In this document: positions 1 to 34,769 of the stretch, one piece after another | How the letters are laid out: each line of letters opens with the position of its first letter | How positions within the stretch are numbered: the stretch's first letter is position 1 | Source: Felis catus | Taxonomy: Eukaryota | DNA: 64,000 nt | Direction: 5' to 3' | NCBI RefSeq assembly: GCF_018350175.1 | Contig: NC_058382.1 | Location: forward strand, 8,618,001-8,682,000 | Made by a program: the position numbers and the translations under genes | Notes under the pieces: generated by a model | What the model was told of the DNA's origin: nothing | The model's database searches: none | The model's input: the letters and a program-made list of their open reading frames with translations, nothing else

Positions 1-666
1 GGGAGAGGCAGAGAGAGAGAAGGAGAGAGAATCCCAAGCAAGCTGTGCACTGTCAATGCGAGACCGACGCGGGGCTCCATCTCACAAACCATAAGATCGT
101 GACCTGAGCCAAAATCAAGAGTCCCACACGTAACTGAGTGAGCCGCCCAGGTGTCCCTTTCCCTATTTTATTGATTTCCGCCCTTGTCTTTATTATTTCC
201 TTGCTTCTACTTTTCCCAGGTTTGGTTTGCTATTCTGGTTCTAGGGGTTTGTTCATTTAATTGTTTTGAAAGATTTTACTTTTAAGTAATCTCTCCACCC
301 AACGTGGGGTTCAAACTCACAACCTGGAAATCAGGAGCCCAAGGTTCTACTGACTGAGCCAGCCAGGGGCCCCTCTAAATTTTGTGTGTTTTATTTCTCA
401 ATTGGAGACTTAAACTCTTGATATTCAGTGTTTCTTCTTTTTTTTTTTCAAAAACTTTTTTTAATGTTTATTTATTTATTTTTGAGAGAGAGAGAGAGAG
501 ATAGAGAGCGAGCAGGGGAGCAGAGAGAGGGAGACAGAATCCCAAGCAAGCTCCGTGCCATCAGCACAGAGCCCGATGTGGGGCCCGAACCCACAAACCA
601 TGAGATCATGACCTGAGCCGAAACCAAGAGTTGGATGCTTAACCAACTGAGCCACCCAGGTGCCCC
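1..666 (-). mobile_element. Three Can-SINE (tRNA-derived) copies: ~1-156, ~280-372, ~455-666
   Basis: Reverse complement of the GGGGCRCCTGGGTGGCTCAG head, (CT)n region and A-rich tail. Confidence 0.85.
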
Positions 667-669
667 TCT

Positions 670-1110
670 TCTTTTTTCGATTTATGCATTTTAAAGCTAC
701 AAATTTCCCTCTAGATACTGCTTTAGCTGCATCCCCAAAGTGCTGATATGTGATATGTTTTTTTATCATGCAGTTGAAAATATTTCCTGGCTTCTTTGAC
801 CCATGGGTTATTTACAGACTACAACTCCTGCAATGATATGGATGAATCTCACAGAAATAATATTATCACAAGCCAGACTCCAAAACGTACAGATGATGCA
901 ATCTATTCACAGGAAGCATAAACAGGGTCAGAACCATTCCACGCCCTAAGGGCAGGACCGGGGTGACCCTCGGGTGCAGGAGGGAGAGGGCTTCTGGGGG
1001 CCAGTAATTTCTTGATCTGGGTGCGGGCCGCCCACGCGGGGTCAGTGTAAAACCTCCCCCGAGCCATCCACTCTGTGTAGCTTACATTTCGAGATAAAGA
1101 TTTTTCAAAA
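670..1110. mobile_element. Old L1M-type LINE fragments
   Basis: taaagctacaaatttccctcta...ctgctttagctgcatccc and atggatgaatctcacag...ataatatt resemble L1M 3' segments (recognised by eye). Confidence 0.5.
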
Positions 1111-1164
1111 CAGAGCAAATAATGGGACAAGACGCTTGACCAGAGGTAATTCCTCGGTCCCTCA

Positions 1165-7433
<6,269 letters not shown>

Positions 7434-8169
7434 GCTGCCGCAGCCGCCGCAACCTATCCGGCTCCCTACATTCCGTCCGGGCCAACCCTGACTCCAGACC
7501 CGCCCAGGACCAACCGGATCCGCCACTTCCCAGCTCAGCCCGGGGCGGTGCAGGATCTGGGGGGCGGTGCAGGATCTGGGGGGCGGGAAGTCTGGTGGAC
7601 GTGTAGAGCGAGAGGCGGGGCAAAGGGCCTGCCGGGCCGGCCAGAAGGAGACGCACAGGGGGACAGAGGCTCGGAGAGAGGGGGACAGAAATTCAGAGAA
7701 GGGGAGAACAAAAACCCAGAGTAGGGGGGAGGGGCCAGAGAATAGAGACAGGGGACCAGAGACCAGAGAGAGGGGACAAGGATCCAGAGAAGGAGGGACA
7801 GAGACTCAGAGCCAGGGGAAGAGGGAACCAGAAAGAGGGGGACAGGGACCCAAGAGGGAATGCCAGAGATAGAGAAGGGGTAAATTAAGCCATGGGTGGA
7901 GGGCACTGACATTTAGGTGGGAGGAAGAGAATCAGAAAGGGGGTGAACAGAGATGGGGGGGCGGGTACACTGACTCAGGGAGAGACAGAGAGAGAGACCG
8001 AGAGTTGGGTGGAGAGCAGAGGTTCAGAGTGACAGGAAGACAGAATCCTGGGGTGGGGGGAGCGGGGACCCTCAGAAACTAAATGACAGGAATGAGAGCG
8101 GGAGACCCATAAGGAGGGATGGGGACCCAAAAAGCCAGGGCAGTAGTGGCAGGGTGAGGAACAGGAGAC

Positions 8170-8290
8170 AATGACACATAGATAAGCAGGGCCACGTGTC
8201 CCCTGCCGGCTCTGACAGGGACAGCTGCGGCCTAGCTGGGTAACCTGAACCCCCACCCCCTTGCTGTATTTATAGCCCTGGCCTGGCCTG
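8170..8290 (+). promoter_or_regulatory. HRC muscle enhancer: MEF2-type site with GATA and E-box
   Basis: GTATTTATAG at 8266-8275 (one mismatch to YTAWWWWTAR), AGATAA at ~8179, CAGCTG at 8222. HRC is an established MEF2 target. Confidence 0.65.
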
Positions 8291-8998
8291 GCCTCCTGCC
8301 CTTGGCTCTCAGTTCCAGGGACAGGAGGTCACAGGTGCGTGTGTTGGGGCCAATTGTCTCCACCCGTGTCCAGGGCCTCCATGTTGTCATCCATTCTTTC
8401 AACAAAGGATCCCATTCTGGCCAGAAGCTCCCCCCAGTCTAACCCCCGGTCTTCCACGGGAGGGGTCTCTCCTCTCAGATGCGTCCCTTCTGCCCTCCTC
8501 CCCCATGCCTCAGACTCCCCCAACTTGGCCCACTAAAATTCTATCCATTACCTTTGCAGCTGCCAAACGTGAACTCGTTGGCAGTCCAAAGTCAAGTCCT
8601 TGGCCCCCATTCCTGGCCAAGGAGAGACCCCTTCACCCACCCCTTCCCCAGCTGGGAGGAAGAACAGGAGGGGAGGGGCAGGCGGGGACTGACCCAGAAT
8701 AACTCAGGGCTGAAGGTAAATTTAGCCACAGAGAGGGGAGGAGAGAGACCCTATTGGCTGGAACTAGGGAGGGAGGGCCCGAGAGGGGGGTTAGGGGGCT
8801 CCTGAGACTGCCTCAGAGGGGTGTCCAGCAGTGAGGGCCGGAGGAAGGCAGAGACGGAGAGAGACACAGCGAAGGAAAGACACAGACAGAAAGAACGAGA
8901 AGGACCCTAAAAGGGACAAGGACCCCAGAACTCATCCACAAAGCCACAGCAGCAGCTGGAGCCAGCCCTGGGCAAAGCTCTGCTGCCTGTCTGTCCCC

Positions 8999-11900
8999 AT
9001 GGGCCAACGTGGGCCACGGGTGCACACTTCTCTCCTCTGGGCCGCCCTGGCCAGCCTGCTCCTCCCCCCTGCCATGACCCAGCAGCTGAGAGGGGCTGGG
9101 CCAGGCCCCAGCAACTGGAACAACAATGCAGGAGTCGTGGGGCCCTCGGAGGACGTGTCAGGTGAGTTTGGCCACCCCATCCACAGCCACGGAGGCCATG
9201 GAGATGAGAAGGAGGATGTTTCTACAGAGAGAGAGTATCAATTCCGGAGCCACAGAGGCCACGGAGAAGAGAACGAAGATGTCTCCGGGGAATACAGTCA
9301 CGGACTCCGAGACCACAGGTACCGAGACCACGAGGTCAGAGAGGAGGATGCCCCTGATGAGGGAGTCTTCACAAAGCATGCTCGGCAAGCCCGTGGGCAC
9401 AGAGGTCATGAGAATGAAGATGTGGAAGATTCAGCCGAGCATGGGCACCACTTCCCCAGCCACAGAAGCCACAGCCATGAGGACGAGGACGAGGGTGAGG
9501 TTGTGTCCAGCAAGCATCACCATCATATCATCAGGCATGTACATGGAGGCCACAGAGAGGAGGAGGATGAAGACGAGGAGGAAGGGGTTGTCTCCACGGA
9601 GTACGGACACCAGGCCCACAGGCACAGGGGCCATGGGAAGGAAGAGGATGAGGATGCTTCAGATGAGCATCCCCATCACGTCCCCAGACACCATGGGCGC
9701 CGAGGCCACGGAGAAGAAGATGACGACGATGTTGATGATGATGATGATGTCGTCTCCACTGAGTACGGACACCACATCCACAGGCACCAAAGCCACGGGA
9801 AAGAAGAGGATGAAGACGTCTCAGAAGAACATCCCCATCATGTCCCCAGCCATGGACACCGAGGCCACGGAGAAGAAAATGACGATGATGATGATGATGA
9901 TGATGATGATGTCGTCTCCACTGAGTACGGACACCACACCCACAGGCATCACAACCATGGGAAGGAAGAGGATGAAGGTATCTCAGAAGAACATCCCCAT
10001 CATGTCTCCAGCCACGGACACCGAGGCCACAGAGAAGAAGATGATGATGATGTTGATGAAGATGATGATGATGTCATCTCCACTGAGTACGAACACCACA
10101 CTCACAGGCATCACAGCCACAGGAAGGAAGAGGATGAAGACGTCTCAGAAGAACATCCCCATCATGTCCCCAGCCACGGACACCGAGGCCACGGAGAAGA
10201 AGATGACGACGATGTTGATGATGATGATGAAGATGTCATCTCCACTGAGTACGGACACCACACCCACAGGCATCACAGCCACGGGAAGGAAGAGGATGAA
10301 GACGTCTCAGAAGAACATCCCCATCATGTCCCCAGCCACAGACACCGGGGCCACGGAGAAGAAGATGATGACGATGTTGATGATGATGATGACGATGTCA
10401 TCTCCACTGAGTATGGACACCACACCCACAGGCATCACAGCCACGGGAAGGAAGAGGATGAAGACATCTCAGATGAACACCATCATCATATCCCCAGCCA
10501 CAGACACCGAGGCCACAGAGAAGAAGATGAGGAAGAGGATATGTCCACTGAGTATGGACACCAGGCCCACAGGCACCGAGGCCATGGAGACAAAGAAGAT
10601 GAGGAAGAGGATGTGTCCACTGAACACTGGCACCAGAGTCCCAGACATACTCACAGCCTTGGAGAGGAGGAGGAGGACGAGGAGGAAGAGGAGATCACAG
10701 TCAAGTTCAGCCACCACGTTGCAAGCTCCCAACCCCAAGGCCACAAGAGCACTGAGGAAGAGGATTTTCCAGATGAATATCAATCAGCGGTCCCAGACCA
10801 TCACCACCATGAGGTCCCCAAGGAGGAAGATGCGGACGTCTCTGACAAGCTTGGCCACCAGGCTCCCAGCCACAGGCAACAAGGCCACCAAGATGAAGGA
10901 ACTGGCCATAGAGGATCCATCAAAGATGAGATTAGCCCCCAGCCCCCAGAACACATGGGGATCAAGGATAGAAGCCATTTGAGGGAGAGAGATTCTAAGG
11001 AGGAAGAGGAGAAGGAAGAGGGCCACAGCTCCCATGAAGAAGATGATGAAAGTTCAGAACAGGGAGAGGAGCACACCCGCCATGGCAGCCTGGACCAGAA
11101 GGATGAAGAAGATGAGGAGGAAGGTCACGGCCTCAGCCTGAGTCAGGAGGAGGAGGAGGAGGAGGAGGAGGAGGAGGAGGAGGAGAGGAGGGAAGGGAAG
11201 GCTGAGGTTCAGGCCCCTCTGAGCCAAGACCACCAAGAGGAGGAAGAGGAGGAGGAGGGACTGGAGGAAGATGAGCTCCCCTTCACCATCATCCCTAACC
11301 CACTGGCCAAGAGGGAGGTGGCTGGAGGTGGCTCCAGTGAGGAGGAAAGTGGTGAGGACACTGGTAAGTGATCTGGCCAGGTGGGGGCAGGGAGAAACAG
11401 AGTCAGCTGGCTTCACCGCTGTTCTCCTGTCCCCACAGGCCTGCAGGGTGACCAGGAATACGGGAACTACCAGCCGGGGTCTCTGTGTGGCTACTGCTCT
11501 TTCTGCAATGTGAGTCCCCAGCCCAGGTCCAATCCAGGCTGTCCCTGGAACTAGTCCCTGGGCTCTAAGGTGGTGCCTTGGGACTGCTCTGAGCAAAGGA
11601 GGGGCAGGGGCAGTGCCAGACCAAGACACTTCTGGGGCCATGTAGGGGACAGACTGGAGGCCAGGAGCTGGGGAGGAGGCTGGGGCATTGGTCTAGGAAA
11701 AAGAGAGTGAGGTCTGAGCTGTACCTGCAGATATGGGGACAGAGGGGAGTGTCCGTAGGGTGGAAGGGGCAGGTGGAATGGGGCTGGGGACTGGCAGGCT
11801 GTAAGGAGAATAGGGAGTAGGGACGAAGAAAACACCCGCACGTCTAGCCCACAGTGACAGAGGGATGTGGTGTTGCCCTGTAACAAGGGAAGCAAGGGGG

Positions 11901-13187
11901 AAGGAAAGTGGGTTGGAGGAAGATGCTGAGCGGGGGAGGGGGGGAGGGGGGCGGGGGGGCAGAGGTAATGAACCGTCAGGAGTTGGGGACCTGTCCAGCG
12001 GGCAGGGTGGAGGACTGGCGGGTGGCTCCCAAAAGGGGTTAGGGTTTCCTTCTAAACCAGAATCCTCCCGTCCCCAGAGATGTACTGAATGTGAGAATTG
12101 TCACTGTGACGAGGAGAACATGGGAGAGCACTGCGACCACTGCCAGGTGACACTTTCCCCGGACCCAGGTTCCACCAAGTCCCAGGATGCCCGGGAACCC
12201 CCTGGGCACCCACAGTCCCAAACCCTAGCCTCTGTCCTCAAACTGACCCAACCCCCTATCCCTGATGCCGCCTCAACTCCACACTCCATTCCGCCTCTGA
12301 CCTTAACCTCTGCCTCAGGCCCCTGTACGGCACCCGCCCCCAACCTGGCTCCGCCCCTGATCTCGTCTTAAACTTCTCTCTCCCCATCCCCGCCCCCAGC
12401 ACTGCCAGTTCTGCTACCTCTGCCCGCTGGTTTGCGAAACGGTCTGCACTCCAGGTGAGCGCGGGCGAAGCCCAGCGTGGCAAACTCCGTGGAGGCGGAG
12501 CCAAACCCCGCAGGCGAGCCCGGGAGGTTTGGGGCGGGGCCAGGCGCGGAGGTGTGGCCAAGGTTGGAAGTCTACGGGTGGAGCGGGGCGCACGCGGAGG
12601 GGCGGGACCTGGGCTGAGGGAGGGTTTGGGACTGATGCTGAGGCCCAGTAGGGAACGGGTAGAGGCTTCAAGGGTGGGCCTAGAACCGAATGGGCGGGGC
12701 CAAAGCAGGTAGACTTGGAAGGACCCGGGCTCCTGGAGAATGGGAACGCCCAGAGCAAGGAGGAAGGGGCAGGACCTTGAAAGGAGTCCCAATGGAAGGA
12801 ATTCAATTGAGGGAAGGAATTAGGGAAAAGGGGGCGGAGCTAGTCGTGATTCCGGATTCGGTGAATAAGTGGCCCCCTAATTTCACCCGTGGGGTACCCC
12901 TCAAGCCTCTTCTCTTTTCTCCCGCAGGAAGCTACGTCGACTATTTCTCCTCCTCCCTGTACCAGTAAGTGTGTGGAGGGGGGGTGCAATCTAAGGGCCC
13001 TGTTTAGAAAGGCACTGACCCCTGAGTCGTGGACTACCCTGGGACTCCATTTCCCTGTCGGTAAAATGGGCAGATTAGCGATCTCTAGCTAAGTGCCTGG
13101 GGTGAGCTTTGAACACTTCGGCTGTCTAACCCCTGCACCCCCCTCGCCAGAGCCCTGGCGGACATGCTGGAAACTCCGGAACCCTGA
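8999..13187 (+). CDS. HRC: Sarcoplasmic reticulum histidine-rich calcium-binding protein, 877 aa, 6 exons
   Basis: Exons 8999-11363, 11439-11509, 12078-12146, 12400-12454, 12928-12964, 13151-13187 (2634 nt, GT-AG). Signal peptide ...LASLLLPPAMTQQLRG, His/acidic repeats, and Cys-rich C-terminus LCGYCSFCNRCTECENCHC...CQFCYLCPLVCETVC...SYVDYFSSSLYQALADMLETPEP*. Confidence 0.98.
9591..10562 (+). repeat. HRC coding tandem repeat, 162 bp (54 aa) unit, about 6 copies
   Basis: TCTCCAC anchor at 9591, 9753, 9915, 10077, 10239, 10401 (exact 162 spacing). Confidence 0.95.
11147..11185 (+). repeat. Pure (GAG)13 poly-Glu tract in HRC
   Basis: Direct read. Confidence 0.9.
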
Positions 13188-13239
13188 CCCCGCGGCGCGG
13201 CTGCGGCGCAGACGCACCTCCCTCGCCCTCCAACCCCTG

Positions 13240-14246
13240 CCCACGAGCCATATTTATTGAACTGAATATGAATAAACATGTTCCCCGAAACCTCATTGTC
13301 AGGCGTGGGGTCTGGATTCTCAGGGCACCAGGGAGCGCGCGGGGGGGGGCACTGGGGACTGAGGAGTCTGAGGCCACTCCCTGTGGCCTCCTGGGTTCTT
13401 GAGGAGGTTGGTTCCCTAAGGTCCTGGCAAATAAATCAGTCAACACGGGAGCTTTTTGAAACAGTTCTCTTTACCCGTGATCACTGAGTGACGCCTGGGG
13501 CAGGGAGGCCGACCAAGAGTCTCGGGCGAGGGCTCCCCCACCTTCCTCCCTCCCCCCACGCCACGTCGCCCAGTGGCATCGTGGAAAGAGGATTCTCCCA
13601 TGCAAACCCCGGAGCCGGAGGGGAACCGGGAGCGCAGTTCTGCACCCCCTACCCCCGGGGCACGGACACGGCCACAGCACGGGGGGCGGAGAGGCCCCGG
13701 GGACACGAGACACTGGGGAGGAAGAGGGGACTCCGCCCGCAGCTGACCCCAGGCACCGGCGACCTGACCCGGCGGGGCGGGGATGAGTGGCACGTGGGGC
13801 GAGGCTTGTAGCAGCGAGTCCCCCCTCCCCTCCTTTCGGACGAAGAAGGAAGACTTGGGCCCCGCGACGGGGGAGGAAAAAGGGGAGCGGGCAGCCTCTC
13901 CTAGCATGCGGCCCGGGAGGGAAGCCCCGCTCCCTTCCCGCGGGGAAAGGGCCCCCATCTCCCATCGGAAACTGATCAATAAATTACAAAGTAGAGAAAA
14001 GGGAGGCGGAAGTTTGGGGCGGGATTTCTTCCCGCCCTCTTCTTTCCCCCTCTCAGTCCAGTTCGTGTGGTTTGGTCCAGGCCCAGTCCTTTTGAGAGGC
14101 GGGGACGCGCACTCCCCGCTTGTCTGTACAGATGGTCCGGTCCGCGGCGCGAGCTCCCCCGCCCGCTCTCCCCGGCGAGACCATACTCTGGGCAGGAGGG
14201 GGAACAGCCCAGCCTCTGGAAGATTCTTCCGTCCGAGGGAGGTCAC
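13240..14246 (-). other. PPFIA3: PPFIA3 non-coding last exon / 3' UTR (3' end uncertain)
   Basis: Donor CCAG|GTGAGG at 14332 lies 13 nt after the stop; acceptor tgcag|GTGACC at 14247 gives an 86-nt intron. Confidence 0.65.
13271..13276 (+). terminator. HRC poly(A) signal AATAAA
   Basis: First AATAAA after the HRC stop, about 85 nt downstream. Confidence 0.85.
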
Positions 14247-14345
14247 CTGCATTGACGCCGGGGCAGTACGTGGAGCAGTGAAGATCCATTGTGCCGCCCC
14301 GGACCCCCAAGATCGCCCTGTACAGTCCTCACCTGGAGGCCTACA

Positions 14346-31417
<17,072 letters not shown>

Positions 31418-34400
31418 CTACATGGTGGAAACTGAGGCGGGGCAACCCAGGCTTTGTACTGAAGAAACTGAGGTCCATCCATTCTGATCATGGCACAGGG
31501 TAAACTGAAACCCATTGCTCTCACGAAATCAGGCCCAGCTACCTAGGTGAGAGCATCTGGGGAAACCGAGGCCAGACGCCATCAGGCACTGGCAGCAAAT
31601 CTAGGACCAGTCTAGTCAGAGAAACCAAAGCCAGGTGACCCATTGCCTGAGTCAATATGGGAAAATCAGTCTCTCCCTGTTCTGACCCTGCTGGGGGCCG
31701 GCATTAACCCACTGCATGAGTGAGAAACCGGAAGCTCAAACGAGAACCATGCATTCAGGAGGCCAAGGAACTGGGGTCACAGAATTAGGTCAGTGGCACC
31801 GTATAAGGTCACAGGGATGTGACCTATACAGCCCAAATCCTGCCCTCAATTTTCCAGATATCTGGATCCCAGCTCCAGAAGAATCTAAAAACCACTCCAT
31901 TTGCTAGCCATCTCCCACAGCCTAGGAGTCCAAGATCCAGCTCCCTCCTACCTCAGGTCACAGCAGGCTAGGTCCCCAATTCCCTTCTTTCCCCTAGACC
32001 CAGGAGTCTGAGCCTCCAGCCGCTTCTTCCCCAATCCTGGGGGTCAGACAGGGACACAAGAATCTGAGCTTTCAGTCTCCAACCTCAGACCCAGAAATCC
32101 CAGCCTTCAGACCCCTCTTCCCCCAGAACCTAGGAGTCCAGGCCCCCAGGTCCCAGGAATCTGGGTGCATGAGCTGTGGGCGGAGATAAAGGGAGGTCTC
32201 CCGAGCCGCTCCCTCCACACACATCAGGTCAGACGGGTCCAGCTGGCCCGGTGGAAAGCAGAAGGGACTTTCGCTCCGTTCCCTCCTTTCCTTCTGTCCC
32301 TTCAAGCAGCAGCATAACCGGTTCTGAGAGTGGATAGTTCCCAGCCCCACCCAATGTGCAGACTATGTCCAAAACCTGGAACTGGGGTCTTGGACTCCAG
32401 TGAGAAGAGGAGGGGCTGGAGGGCCCTGGAACCTGGGAGAGGAGGCAGACAATCGCCTTGGTCTTTGAAGAGGTACACCTGGGAATCTAGACACCGGCAT
32501 GCCAGCCCTCAGAGGCCAAACTCATGACAATGTGTATAAGGAGACAGGTCAAGACCAACATCGTGTCTAAAACCCAGAACCTACTCAGGAGATGCAGACA
32601 GGATGTTTTGGAGAAGCCGCTCCGGAACTTCAAATGCACTGAGAAGGAAATGAGACTTAGCAAGGCCGGATGTAGAATCTAGGAAGCCACTGGCGTGAAT
32701 ACAGCACAGAGGGCGGAAAATGTACAGTAAAATCCTCACATAGGGCTAAGGAGAGGGAGGGGCACATTCTAGAACCCAGACCTAGAATCTTGAACCAGCC
32801 CAAAGCAATCCAATATGTTAAAGAGTATCCGGGTCACCCAAGAACCCTGAACACAAAGGGGTGCAGAATGACATCTAAGAACATACCTAATGCAATGCAT
32901 AACGAACCCAGTCAGGAGAAATAATCTAGAAAGTGACACCTACCAGGGATGCAGGTACAACAAAGAACAAATCAAGAGCCACACTCTTAGCTTTATCATG
33001 TGTCTACATGATAGACAGAAGGGAGAAGATATGCTTCAGAATTGAGAACAGGCCCTGGAGGTGGGAAAAAACCCTAGAAAGTAGCAAGGAGTCTGCCTGG
33101 AACTTAGAAGTGCCTGGGGGAAGATGCAGAAGCATGCTGGGAATTGGGAATTTACTGGCATAAGGACTGAGCTGGCAAAGGAAGGGGGGAGAGATGTTCT
33201 GGAAATGAGGACATTTCTAGCTGAAGACTCCAAAAAGAGGAGATGAGCCTAGAGCCTGCTAAGAATGCTAAAGTAGCAGATGGAGGAGGAAGCCCACGAT
33301 CCGCCAGGAGATAAGTTCTACACAAAGGTCACATTAGGGAAAAGATGGACAGAAAAGGTGGGAATGGATGGGCCTAGAACCCAGTACCTGCAAAAGGGGG
33401 AAGACGTACAACATTTCAGTGGGGATCCTTTAGATTTAAGACCGCAGAATTGGATTGGAACCTAAAACAGGAAAGTGCCTTTTAACATTGATAGCCCAAT
33501 TTGGAAAAAAGCTAGAGCCCATATCTGGAACACACATGTTCTAGAATGTAGAATGTTCCCGGGGAGAGAAAGGAATCTAGAACAGTGCCAAGGATGTGGC
33601 TGAGCCTAGAACACACCTAAAATAAAATTTTCGCAGAGAATCAGCAAGTTCTGGTTTCGAAAAATTTGGAACACGTGTGAGGAGAAGGTGGGATCAGCAT
33701 TTAGCTTGGGGGCACTACCAAGATATTTGAATTCCTTGGGGAAACACACGCCTAGAATTGACCGCCTAATCTAGAATTTAGAATACACCTTGGGTGAAAA
33801 CGGAACAGAGATATTGACTGAGAGTGTTCTCAGACTTAGAATGAATCTAGAGTATGGCAAGAGCACAGTTTAACCGGAAATATGGAAGATAGCGGGTAGG
33901 TTCTAGATCATCTGATGAACCTAGGTCACAGAACACATCTAGAGGAAGGGGTGTATGTTTGGCTCATCAGCCTGAGAAGGTGCACTCGGAGGATGAGACA
34001 TCATAACACAGGAACATCTTGATGGGGTGTTGGAAACATCTCAGGAAGCTGGGTCTCAGGGAAGAGAGTAGAGAGCCCCCAGCACCTGAGATGATATGCG
34101 GACGAGGCGGGGGTTTGTTAAGGCCAAGGGAGATGTCAAGTAGATGGGGTTTGTGAGGCTGTGGGAACCTGGGTTCCTAAGAGTTAGAGCTAAGGGTCTA
34201 GATACTTGGTGGGGGCCTGGACTCCTGGAGATAAAGGACAGGGGATGGAAGCTCGGAGCCCAAGTCCTTGTTGGGAAGGAGGGCTGTGGCAGGTGGCTTC
34301 GGTGAGCAGTACAGAAGCTGGGGTCTGAACCCCTGGGTCCCTGAAGGGGATACAGGACCTGGGACAAAGCATCTAGGTCTCCAAGGGGGAAAGGTGGGCA

Positions 34401-34769
34401 GAAGGCAGAGAATTGCATTAAGAATTGCATTCCAAGCCCCTGAAAGGGAGAGAGTCATGGTGCCTGAATCCCTAATCAGGCAGCCGCTGGGGTGCCAGGA
34501 GCCTGGGTATAATTGCCTGAGGGGCACAGGGGCTGCTGCACTGGGTTTCTAAAGGGGGCAAGAGCTGGGAAACTGAATTCCCAGGTCCTGAGGGGCTGGG
34601 GGCTACCAGCTAGGGCCTTTAGGCAGGCGGAGTGAACACTGACAGGGTTCCCAGAGTCAGGTGGGAGCTGAATCCCTGGGTGCCAAGGTCCCTGAGGTGG
34701 ACTAGGCAGGAACATTCAGAAGCCCTGACTCCTCGAGAAGCAGCTGGGGTCCCAGAAGCCTGGGGTACT

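Noticed and set aside
8831-8998. N-terminal extension of the 846-aa HRC ORF call
   Set aside because: Begins at a non-ATG codon in the 5' UTR; the signal peptide starts at ATG 8999.
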